From Desulfobacterales bacterium (lineage in GTDB: Bacteria; Desulfobacterota; Desulfobacteria; Desulfobacterales; UBA2245), in contig JAXGZF010000003.1 of assembly GCA_040771865.1 (NCBI GenBank), positions 310,001-374,000 of the forward strand: a stretch of 64,000 bases of DNA. Direction: 5' to 3'. Under the pieces are notes generated by a model, which did not search any database, was not told where the DNA came from, and worked only from the letters and a program-made list of their open reading frames with translations. This document shows positions 28,215 to 37,762 of the stretch, one piece after another; the first letter of the stretch is position 1, and each line of letters opens with the position of its first letter. The position numbers were made by a program, and so were the translations under genes.

Positions 28215-28829
28215 TTATTCCGTCACGGTGTGCCACCAGTCCGGCAGAACCCCGTTGTTTGCATTGCACAGTTCTTCGTTCAGCGCGTTAAGCTCCGCGG
28301 CGGTTTTCTTCTTAGCCGCGACCGCAGCCTTTATGGCCTCGCGGTCATTGCTGTTAAGCGCCTGGTTAAGTATGTCGTCGTTTATTTTGTACTGGAGCAG
28401 AATGGCCCGTTTTCTGGCCTTGTAGGCTTCGTGGTCGATTTCCGGAGGCGCCGGTTCGGTGGGAACCGCAGCCTCGGGGCCGGGTTTGGAAGGCGCTGCG
28501 GCCTCCGGCGCGCCTTCGTTTTTGGAACCGGGTTCTGAAGGCGTTGCTGCCTCAGAAGTCTGTTCAGCTCCTGATGAAGGGGTTTCCGGCGTGATGATCT
28601 CCGCTTCGACCGGAAGATCGGTTTCCGTAATTTTGAGTATGGATTCCTTTGAGAATCCCACCTGTCCGCCGGATATATTGAATTTAATCTGATTTCCCTC
28701 TTCCCAGTATTCTGAAGTCACATACTGCGATCCGTTTTTCAGTTTGATCAGATACGAGGCAAGGCCCTCGGACGGCAGGGCGATTCCGCACGCTGCAATC
28801 AGCCAGATCAAAAAAGCGGCATGTTTCAT
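28215..28829 (-). CDS. Exported hypothetical protein, paralog A
   Basis: Signal peptide, small beta-rich domain, P/E/A/S linker, helical C-terminus ending LPDWW; N-terminus nearly identical to 32985..33590. Confidence 0.85.
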   Translation of the reverse strand: MKHAAFLIWLIAACGIALPSEGLASYLIKLKNGSQYVTSEYWEEGNQIKFNISGGQVGFSKESILKITETDLPVEAEIITPETPSSGAEQTSEAATPSEPGSKNEGAPEAAAPSKPGPEAAVPTEPAPPEIDHEAYKARKRAILLQYKINDDILNQALNSNDREAIKAAVAAKKKTAAELNALNEELCNANNGVLPDWWHTVTE

Positions 28830-28847
28830 AACCGGTTCCTTTCATTG
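28582..28847. repeat. 266-bp direct repeat, copy 1 (copy 2 at 33343..33608)
   Basis: By-eye alignment shows about 4 mismatches; offset 4761 bp. Confidence 0.93.
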
Positions 28848-28870
28848 CATGTTTTGACAATTTGATTCGG

Positions 28871-28899
28871 ATACTAACCGGCCGGGGGCATTTAGTCAA
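28871..28899 (-). promoter_or_regulatory. Sigma70 promoter of paralog A
   Basis: Minus strand TTGACT-N17-TAGTAT. Confidence 0.7.
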
Positions 28900-28972
28900 C
28901 TTAAATGGCGTGAACATTCAGTTTGACAATGCGCCGGGTCAAACGCAGCTTTCTGTCCCCACACCCGTCCGA

Positions 28973-29039
28973 ATGTGAGCATTGGCGAGAGCCGCGCAAC
29001 GCTGAATGGCGGCCTCAGGCGCAGTTTTTCAACAGCCTG
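28973..29039 (+). mobile_element. Truncated MITE copy (right half only)
   Basis: Matches 29743-29809 almost exactly; ends GTTTTTCAACAGCCTG followed by TTAA. Confidence 0.88.
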
Positions 29040-29240
29040 TTAAAACTTTTCCGCGATTTTTCGACTCTATCGCCGTGAAAGCGTTGCGATTCCCGTGGCG
29101 CAGATTTTCGAGGCGAAATCCCCCCTGTTTGATCAATATAACCCATTAATTTACATGATAATACAGGAGATTTGGCCGCCCCTTTCGTGTGTGTTCGAGC
29201 CGGGCCGCATCAATGAATATCGTCATGCGAAAATGCAGGT

Positions 29241-29326
29241 GTATAAAAAGGTAACACGGAGGATCGGGCAAATTGAAGGCAATTTGTAACAAAATGTAAC
29301 GGTTTCGCGGTGAATAAAACGGTAAC
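29241..29326 (+). promoter_or_regulatory. Three direct repeats, candidate activator-binding sites
   Basis: GTATAAAAAGGTAAC (29241), GTAACAAAATGTAAC (29286), GAATAAAACGGTAAC (29312), upstream of a sigma54 promoter. Confidence 0.5.
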
Positions 29327-29354
29327 ATACTGCATTTATTGAAATTATTAAATT

Positions 29355-29370
29355 TGGTATATTAATTGCT
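29355..29370 (+). promoter_or_regulatory. Sigma54 promoter upstream of pilin cassette 2
   Basis: TGGTATATTAATTGCT: GG(29356)-N10-GC(29368), matches TGGYAYR-N4-TTGCW. Confidence 0.78.
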
Positions 29371-29666
29371 GAAACAATAGTCTTCGCGGCGAAAAGAAAC
29401 CAGGACCGCATCCTGTAACTACCTGAAAGCAAATGTAAATAATAGAACTCATCATGATATGACCTGTGGGGAAAATACACAGCCTTGATGCAAGGTTCAA
29501 GAACATGGCGGATGACCGAAATCCGCATGACCCCGTTGCCCGCAGGCGGGCCATGCCGGTGATGCCGGCCTCGAAATACAAGTGATATCGAAACGTTCCA
29601 AAGCGATCCCTCGATAAAAACAATTCAGCCGGCATTCCGGAAGGAAGCACTGAAGGGGACATTTAC

Positions 29667-29809
29667 CAGGGTGTTGAAAAACAAGGATCAGGCAGTCAGG
29701 CAAGGCGCGCGGCGATACGACAAGCGCAGCATATTCAAGCATATGTGAGCATTGGCGAGAGCCGCGCAACGCTGAATGGCGGCCTCAGGCGAAGTTTTTC
29801 AACAGCCTG
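29667..29809 (+). mobile_element. 143-bp MITE, copy 1
   Basis: 16-bp TIR CAGGGTGTTGAAAAAC / GTTTTTCAACAGCCTG; 4-bp target duplication TTAC on both sides. Confidence 0.92.
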
Positions 29810-29854
29810 TTACGGAAAGGTTCTTGCCTTAAACAGGGTCAGGAGGCCAGTGCG

Positions 29855-30274
29855 ATGCGAAAAACAAATGGTTTCACCATGATTGAACTGGCGGTTGCCG
29901 TGTTGATAGTCGGCATACTCGCAACAATCGCCATACCGACCTATGTTGGCCTGATGCCGCGATACCGGCTCAACGGCGCGGCCCGTCAGGTTGCGGCGGA
30001 TCTGATGAAGGCCAGGATGCAGGCCGTCAAGCTGAACACGAACGTCACCGCTGCATTCAACAGTTCCACCGACAGCTATACGATCAGTGGCGGTTCTTTC
30101 AGTGAAACCTTTAACATTCAGGGTCAGTATCCCGGCGTGGAGCTTGTATCGTCCGGAACTCCGGTATTTTATCCACGGGGAACCGCTGCAAACACGATCA
30201 CCGTGACCCTGTCCAATGCCAGCGGCGTCAAACAGGTGGAGGTCAATATCGTCGGGCGTGTCAAGATTATCTGA
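29855..30274 (+). CDS. Type IV minor pilin FimT/FimU/GspH-like (cassette 2)
   Basis: NG|FTMIELA; paralog of 24842..25291 (shared LMPRYRLNGAAR, VTLxNASG). Confidence 0.9.
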   Translation: MRKTNGFTMIELAVAVLIVGILATIAIPTYVGLMPRYRLNGAARQVAADLMKARMQAVKLNTNVTAAFNSSTDSYTISGGSFSETFNIQGQYPGVELVSSGTPVFYPRGTAANTITVTLSNASGVKQVEVNIVGRVKII

Positions 30275-30315
30275 TCCAGGGAGTTATGGTGAAAAGAAAC
30301 TAAACGAGGCAGGTT

Positions 30316-30672
30316 ATGGAAAAAGGTCAAAACGGGTTCACGCTGATAGAAATTCTGGTGACATTGGCGATTCTGTCAATCGGTTTGCTGGGCATGGCCG
30401 CACTGACTGTAGAGATCATTCGGAACAACGCCCAGAGCAAGGCATATACCGAAGCGACAATTTTAGCCCAGGACAAGCTGGAAGAGATAAAAAGGATCGG
30501 CTATGGCTACAACGGGGGCGACCCGGAGGTTATCGGGCGCTTTACGCGCCAGGCGGAACCGGCAGCCGGCAGCCCCGAAACCGGAATGAAGGAGGTGGCG
30601 GTTACGGTTTCCTGGGATTCAATTGGCGGAAGATCACACTCGATGGCGCTCAAGACCATACTTGCGGAGTAA
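30316..30672 (+). CDS. Type IV minor pilin PilV-like (cassette 2)
   Basis: NG|FTLIEIL...IGLLGMAAL; AQDKLEEI. Confidence 0.88.
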   Translation: MEKGQNGFTLIEILVTLAILSIGLLGMAALTVEIIRNNAQSKAYTEATILAQDKLEEIKRIGYGYNGGDPEVIGRFTRQAEPAAGSPETGMKEVAVTVSWDSIGGRSHSMALKTILAE

Positions 30673-30677
30673 AGCCG

Positions 30678-31316
30678 ATGTATAAAACAGATCAAAACAA
30701 TGCGGGTTTTAGTATTTTAGAGATTCTGATCGCGCTTGCAATCGGCCTGATTGTGATTGCCTCGCTGGGAACGGCTTTTATTTCGCAACGCAAGGCTTAT
30801 GACGTTCAGGAGCAGGTTGTCGAAATGGTTCAAGCCGGTCGCGCCGCCCTGGATATCATGAGCCGCGAGATCATGATGGCGGGATATGATCCCTCGCGTT
30901 CCGGATACGCTCCGACGCAGAAAATGCAAACCACCGATCCGAGCGCTGCAAACTTTGTCGGCATACCCTACAATTCGAATGCATCGGTCATCGACATATA
31001 CGCGGATCTGGACGGCGACGAAAGCACGACCGGAACCAACGAGCATATTACCTATGCTTTCAATTCCTCAACGCTTCAGGTTACGCGAAACGCCAATACA
31101 GGAGGCGGGGCTCAGCCCATTGCGGAAAATGTGACGGATTTTTGGGTTGCCTACAAGAATGTCTATGGGAATTCAACGACGGATCAGGGGGCCATCCGCC
31201 AGGTTCAGCTTTCCATTACGGTTCAAACCAGCAGGCCGGATCCAGGTTTTCCCGAAAACAACGGTTACCGAACCATAACGCTTGAATCGCACGCGTATCC
31301 TAGAAATTTGAATTGA
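30678..31316 (+). CDS. Type IV minor pilin PilW-like (cassette 2)
   Basis: AG|FSILEIL; GRAALDIMSREI; ends YPRNLN with no extension. Confidence 0.88.
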   Translation: MYKTDQNNAGFSILEILIALAIGLIVIASLGTAFISQRKAYDVQEQVVEMVQAGRAALDIMSREIMMAGYDPSRSGYAPTQKMQTTDPSAANFVGIPYNSNASVIDIYADLDGDESTTGTNEHITYAFNSSTLQVTRNANTGGGAQPIAENVTDFWVAYKNVYGNSTTDQGAIRQVQLSITVQTSRPDPGFPENNGYRTITLESHAYPRNLN

Positions 31317-31462
31317 TCGCTTGAGATCAAAATTCGAACCTGTCGTGATGGGCGTTGAAAGTCAGAACAAGGCGCCGGTTGCCGGAAGTTTGCCCGGCTT
31401 ATATCAGCAAGGCTTGCAGCAGGTTGCGGGTTTTCATGAACCCGTTCAGATGGGGGGATGAA

Positions 31463-32794
31463 ATGAAAAAAATATTTCAAAATGATGAGGGCATGGTGTT
31501 GGTCACGGCGTTGATGTTTATGGCGATTTTATTTCTTCTGGGCGCCACGGGTTATCTGATTACCTCCGCAGACCTTCAGACCAGCGGAAATCTTCGCGCA
31601 GAAAAACACGCTTTCTATGATGCCGAGGCGGGTGTGCAGTATGCCATTGCCAGGATGGAGGCAGGACTCGAAGCCGGAACCTTCTCAATGCCTTCCAGCG
31701 TTGGCGGAACCGTCGATCTTCCGATATCGGCGACGCCGTCGGGATATAATTTTACCTACGAAGGCGACGAAGTGACCATGTCGGCGGTTAACACCTATCA
31801 AATGACGGTTTATGGCGGCGGGGCCAGAAATTCCGCATCTAAACTGGATGTGAAATTTAAGAGAGCTTCCGCCATTGAATTTGCCGCATTCGGAGACGTG
31901 GAATTTGACGGCGCCAACTCCTCCTGTGTATACAGCTATGACAGCGAAGACCCGGATAACCAGCCGGGCGATTCAGATTTTGAATCCACCGGTTTTGCCG
32001 ATATCGGTTCCAACGGAGAAATCATATTACGCAACAACATGGTTGTGGATGGCGATGTAGCGCTCGGCGCGGATGAGGCGGATGCAAATGCAGTGGCTAC
32101 GGTCGATGATAAAGGCGCAACTGTCAGCGGTACGCTTGGAGATCCAATCGGCTGGGTGGATCCGGACCCCCTTGATGTGCTCGAATCCGGTTATGATGAT
32201 CTATTTGTTGCTGCCGCGGCAACGAATGACAATGGGGCGCTGCCGACAAGTCTTGTCATGGAAGGCGCAGCGGTTACTCTGACGGCGGGCACTTATTACT
32301 TTGATAAAATTGAACTCAAAGCAAATGCAGGTATGAACTCAACCCTTACTATTGATGCCTCGGGTGGACCCGTCAATATATATGTTCAGGGACCTGTCAC
32401 CCTCGGCAATGCGCAAACGATGGATATCCAGAATGCGAATTATGAAGTGAATATCAGGCTGTCAGAACCCTCCGGCGGCCTTGCGGGCCCGGACATCTTT
32501 ATCGCCGACAATGGATCCATTATCAATATGAGCGGGAATCCAACGGATTTTACACTTTATTCTGATTCAGCCGCGGGGGTTCGATTTCACAACTCTTCAT
32601 CATTGAGTGGGGTTGTCTATGCGCCGGATGGCCAGATAGAAATGGATAACTCATCGGATGTGTATGGCTCAATCTGGGGCAATGAAATCTTTATACATAA
32701 TTCAGGCGACTTGTTTTTTGACACCCAACTGCTGACCGACAAGCTGACCAATGATCTCATCCTGGTGAGCTGGTTTAACGACCGGAATGACTGA
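31463..32794 (+). CDS. PilX-like minor pilin with large acidic beta-rich C-terminal domain (cassette 2)
   Basis: EG|MVLVTALMF; AFYDAEAGV; C-terminus with YSYDS, DIGSNG, GVVYAPDG, VYGSIWG (solenoid/adhesin-like). Confidence 0.85.
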   Translation: MKKIFQNDEGMVLVTALMFMAILFLLGATGYLITSADLQTSGNLRAEKHAFYDAEAGVQYAIARMEAGLEAGTFSMPSSVGGTVDLPISATPSGYNFTYEGDEVTMSAVNTYQMTVYGGGARNSASKLDVKFKRASAIEFAAFGDVEFDGANSSCVYSYDSEDPDNQPGDSDFESTGFADIGSNGEIILRNNMVVDGDVALGADEADANAVATVDDKGATVSGTLGDPIGWVDPDPLDVLESGYDDLFVAAAATNDNGALPTSLVMEGAAVTLTAGTYYFDKIELKANAGMNSTLTIDASGGPVNIYVQGPVTLGNAQTMDIQNANYEVNIRLSEPSGGLAGPDIFIADNGSIINMSGNPTDFTLYSDSAAGVRFHNSSSLSGVVYAPDGQIEMDNSSDVYGSIWGNEIFIHNSGDLFFDTQLLTDKLTNDLILVSWFNDRND

Positions 32795-32984
32795 TCGAAA
32801 GTTGATGAATTCGTAAAAAAAGAAATTTCGGTTTTTTCATTCCGAGCCCGTCGTGCTTTCAGGATCATTATCAGAATGGAAAGTCCGGATCGGCGCGCGG
32901 CGCATCAATGGTTCGCACGGTTCGCCGCCGGGTCCGTACGCCTTTCTGCCCTGGAAAGCGCGGTCATCAAATTTTCAAAAGCGT

Positions 32985-33590
32985 TTATGCCTGAAGAACA
33001 TCAAACGAAATGCTATCGACCCACCAGTTTGGAATTTTTCCACCGCTCCTGTCGGCGGCATTTTTTCTGAGCTGATCCAGTTGCTTGCGAATGTTGAGGA
33101 GGTTTTCGCGCTCTCGTTCAATGGCTTCTCGTGAACCCTGTGCTTTCGCTTTGTTGAGATTCTGCGTTGCGGTCTGGAATTTTTCAAACAGCGCATTCTT
33201 TTCAGTCAGTATGGTTTCCTTTTCCTCCGGCGAAAGGCCTTTCGGCGTCGAATCGGTTTGAGGCAAAGGCCTGGTTTCAGTTTGATCGCTTAAATTGGAT
33301 GGCGCTTCGGCTTCCGAGGCGGGTTCGGTCTCTGTTGAAGGCGTTTCCGGCGTGATGATCTCCGCTTCGACCGGAAGATCGGTTTCCGTAATTTTGAGTA
33401 TGGATTCCTTTGAGAATCCCACCTGTCCGCCGGATATATTGAATTTAATCTGATTTCCCTCTTCCCAGTAATCGGAAGTCACATACTGCGATCCGTTTTT
33501 CAGTTTGATCAGATACGAGGCAAGGCCCTCGGACGGCAGGGCGATTCCGCACGCTGCAATCAGCCAGATCAAAAAAGCGGTACGTTTCAT
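32985..33590 (-). CDS. Exported hypothetical protein, paralog B
   Basis: First ~85 aa nearly identical to paralog A; divergent linker and helical region containing IPNWW. Confidence 0.85.
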   Translation of the reverse strand: MKRTAFLIWLIAACGIALPSEGLASYLIKLKNGSQYVTSDYWEEGNQIKFNISGGQVGFSKESILKITETDLPVEAEIITPETPSTETEPASEAEAPSNLSDQTETRPLPQTDSTPKGLSPEEKETILTEKNALFEKFQTATQNLNKAKAQGSREAIERERENLLNIRKQLDQLRKNAADRSGGKIPNWWVDSISFDVLQA

Positions 33591-33608
33591 AACCGGTTCC
33601 TTTCATTG
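33343..33608. repeat. 266-bp direct repeat, copy 2
   Basis: Aligns to 28582..28847. Confidence 0.93.
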
Positions 33609-33684
33609 AATGATTTATGAATTTGAACCTGATCCTAACCGGCCGGAAGCCACATGCGATCTCGAACGGCAGGGGCGGTTTTAG

Positions 33685-33827
33685 CAGGGTGTTGAAAAAC
33701 TGCGTCTGAGGCCGCCATTCAGCGTTGCGCGGCTCTCGCCAATGCTCACATATGCTTGAATATGCTGCGCTTGTCGCATCGCCGCGCGCCTTGCCTGACG
33801 GCCTGATCCTTGTTTTTCAACACCCTG
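33685..33827 (-). mobile_element. 143-bp MITE, copy 2 (inverted relative to copy 1)
   Basis: Perfect TIR CAGGGTGTTGAAAAAC; TSD TTAG/TTAG; 5 mismatches to copy 1 by eye. Confidence 0.92.
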
Positions 33828-33881
33828 TTAGAAATTGTGTCTTGTTTTCAGGTAGATCTGTATTTGCGAGAAGAGACTGAA

Positions 33882-34024
33882 CAGGCAGTTGAAAAACTGC
33901 GTCTGAGGCCGTCATTCCGCGTTGCGCGGCTCTCGCCAATGCTTACATATGCTTGAATATGCTGCGCTTGTCGCATTGCCGCGCGCCTTGCCTGACGGCT
34001 TGATCCTTGTTTTTCAACACCCTG
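33882..34024 (-). mobile_element. 143-bp MITE, copy 3
   Basis: Same element, more diverged; flanks TGAA/TTAA (imperfect TSD). Confidence 0.9.
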
Positions 34025-34026
34025 TT

Positions 34027-34056
34027 AAAAAAAAGCCCCGACGGCGAGGCCGGGGC
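34027..34056 (-). terminator. Terminator of LysM gene
   Basis: Plus strand A8-GCCCCG-acggcgaggc-CGGGGC, i.e. hairpin plus T-tract on minus. Confidence 0.75.
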
Positions 34057-34097
34057 ATTGAATGTTTAAAATCCGCGAAGAGCGCGAAGCCTCTGCT

Positions 34098-35150
34098 TTA
34101 TCGCAAAGACGAGCAGTATTGAGACCAGGCCTGAAATTCTTTCACCGATTTGGTGATCAGCACCGTGGATGTTTCCGGTTCCGCGCGCAGCACCAGCAGG
34201 GTTCCGATCTCGACCGGCGGCAGCGTCACCAGCGAGGTTTTGTCTTCCGGGTTTGTCAGGGCCTGCTTCTGCTGGTAGACGCTGAAGCTCTGTCCTCTTT
34301 CAATGCCGTTGTTCTGTCCCCGGTCGATGAAGGCAATAAAGTGGTCGCCGAAAATCTGGGAGTTTTCTTCGGACCGTATGATTCTGCCGTCGATTCCGGA
34401 AGGACCGTCGATCAGTACGATCTCGGGGGATTGCGGGACGTAAGGCATCAGGGAATCCTGAAGCAGAATCGAACGCCGGAAGTTCTGAAGGACCTTGCCG
34501 ACGGCGACATTGTCGGTGATTTGCGTAATTTCGACAAGGCCGCTCATCAGGTGCTGGATGCCGATAACGTCCTTGTTCGATTGATCATAAAGCGGGGGCA
34601 GGGTTCGGAATGTGGTGTATTTTTCACCCACGGCGAGGGGGCGGCCGGGAACGGTGTGAATATAGACCCTGTCGCCTTCGCTGAGCAGGGTTTTCTCTTC
34701 AAACGAGGCGAATATGGTTCCGAAAGAAGGCGCCGCTTCGCGCCGGATAAAGCCCACACCGTCGATGCCGTTGTAGACCACAACGGACTTGATTCCGGGC
34801 ATTCCAGGCATCTGGGCGGTTGCGGGAACATCCTGAATCCATTCCTTGCGGAAAAGCCGAATCTTGTTTCCGGGATAGATCCAGTGCGGATTGGAGAGCT
34901 GCTGATTCTGCTCCCACACATGGGGCCACAGCCAGGGGGAATCAAAAAAACGATCGGAAATATCCCACAGGGTATCGCCCTTTTTGACCGTATAGTAGAA
35001 TCCGCTCTGCTGTTCGATATTTTCAGGGCTGTCCGGCGAGGAAAGGGCCGGCAGCGCGGGAATCGTCAGCAGAATGCAAAGCAAACCGATGCCGGAAAGC
35101 CAGCGGGTGCGGCTAACTTTTTTCAATGAATGCAGTTTGAATGAAAACAT
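34098..35150 (-). CDS. LysM peptidoglycan-binding protein, TsaP-like
   Basis: Signal peptide; YTVKKGDTLWDIS...WLWPHVWEQNQQLSNPHWIYPG; C-terminal domain with FIDRG. Start uncertain. Confidence 0.85.
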   Translation of the reverse strand: MFSFKLHSLKKVSRTRWLSGIGLLCILLTIPALPALSSPDSPENIEQQSGFYYTVKKGDTLWDISDRFFDSPWLWPHVWEQNQQLSNPHWIYPGNKIRLFRKEWIQDVPATAQMPGMPGIKSVVVYNGIDGVGFIRREAAPSFGTIFASFEEKTLLSEGDRVYIHTVPGRPLAVGEKYTTFRTLPPLYDQSNKDVIGIQHLMSGLVEITQITDNVAVGKVLQNFRRSILLQDSLMPYVPQSPEIVLIDGPSGIDGRIIRSEENSQIFGDHFIAFIDRGQNNGIERGQSFSVYQQKQALTNPEDKTSLVTLPPVEIGTLLVLRAEPETSTVLITKSVKEFQAWSQYCSSLR

Positions 35151-35403
35151 ATGTCCCCTCGATTCTTTGAACCATTTTTATGGGTAAAGCAGTAAAACAT
35201 CGAAACCGGACTTTTGTTTGAATGGTTAAACATATTGAAAGATATCATTTTTTCTGTAGCCTTCTTCAATCGTTATGTCAAGTTTTTCCTCAACCCGGTT
35301 CAGGGATGGCAAAGAATTTAAGAAAAAAGGTTTTAAAAAAAACCGAAAAATTCAGCCGATTGTATAGAACGGTCTGGTCGGAACACGAAAATCAAAATTA
35401 CTA

Positions 35404-35451
35404 CCGCAACATATGGTGGTAGATATCGGCATTGAAAAACACATGTTGTAG
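35404..35451. promoter_or_regulatory. Tandem NrdR-box-like palindromes
   Basis: CCGCAACATATGGTGG (35404) and AAAACACATGTTGTAG (35436), 32 bp apart, versus consensus acaCwAtATaTwGtgt. Confidence 0.55.
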
Positions 35452-35558
35452 CGACAAGGTTTTTCAGGTTTTTTGCGAAGCCGTTGTGCGGAATTCGTAT
35501 CCATTTTCAAGACAGCGGGACGGGGCCGGATTTGAATTTACAAGCGGGGCCGTCCAAT

Positions 35559-35592
35559 AAAAAAAAGCCCTCACGTCGAAGACGTGAGGGCT
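35559..35592 (-). terminator. groEL terminator
   Basis: A-tract + GCCCTCACGTC-gaa-GACGTGAGGGCT. Confidence 0.88.
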
Positions 35593-35631
35593 GATGACTT
35601 TATTTCGATTGAGTTATCGAGCGAAAGCGGA

Positions 35632-37287
<1,656 letters not shown>

Positions 37288-37307
37288 CTATCCTCCTTCT
37301 CGTTGAT

Positions 37308-37595
37308 TTATTCGATTACGCCAAGGACGTCGTCTTCGCGCATAATCAGGTATTCTTCGCCTTCGATTTTCACCTCGGTTCCGGAGTACTTTCCAAACAG
37401 AATCCGGTCTCCCGCCTTGAGTTCGAGCGCGATCCGCTTTCCGTCATCGGCCAGCTTTCCGTTGCCGACGGAGATGATTTTTCCCTCGGCCGGTTTTTCC
37501 TTGGCCGTGTCGGGAATAATGATTCCGCCCTTGGTTTTGGTCTCTTCCTCAACGCGTTTTACCAGGATTCGATCGTTCAATGGTCTGAGTTTCAT
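37308..37595 (-). CDS. groS: Co-chaperonin GroES
   Basis: [25 protein letters not shown]. Confidence 0.99.
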   Translation of the reverse strand: MKLRPLNDRILVKRVEEETKTKGGIIIPDTAKEKPAEGKIISVGNGKLADDGKRIALELKAGDRILFGKYSGTEVKIEGEEYLIMREDDVLGVIE

Positions 37596-37762
37596 GATTC
37601 TTACGCTCCTTTTTTACAATAAAAAATTTAAGGTGTTTTTAATCTCTTGAAAGGGGCGACCGCCCTTTGTTTTAGCGGAAACCGGATTAAGGAACAAAAA
37701 TAAGCACATATTTGGTTTTGTAAACATTTTTTGTGTGAAATTTTTAAAAACCTGCCGAATCA

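Noticed and set aside
28950..28972. ydaO (c-di-AMP) riboswitch-like TTCTGTCCCCACACCCG
   Set aside because: The other conserved ydaO elements are missing.
29624..29655. SRP RNA-like CCGGAAGGAAGCA
   Set aside because: 5' side of the loop is GCAT rather than CAGG and there is no long closing stem. No ffs was seen before dnaX either.
29813..29828. Second sigma54-like GG-N10-GC (CGGAAAGGTTCTTGC) next to fimT2
   Set aside because: Poor -24 element and almost no leader before the RBS; the 29355 site fits much better. Not fully excluded.
32801..32850. Possible end of a second MITE family (GATGAATTCGTAAAAA)
   Set aside because: No matching opposite end or TSD nearby; too decayed to call.
37596..37760. 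CIRCE element upstream of groES
   Set aside because: TTAGCACTC-N9-GAGTGCTAA not found.
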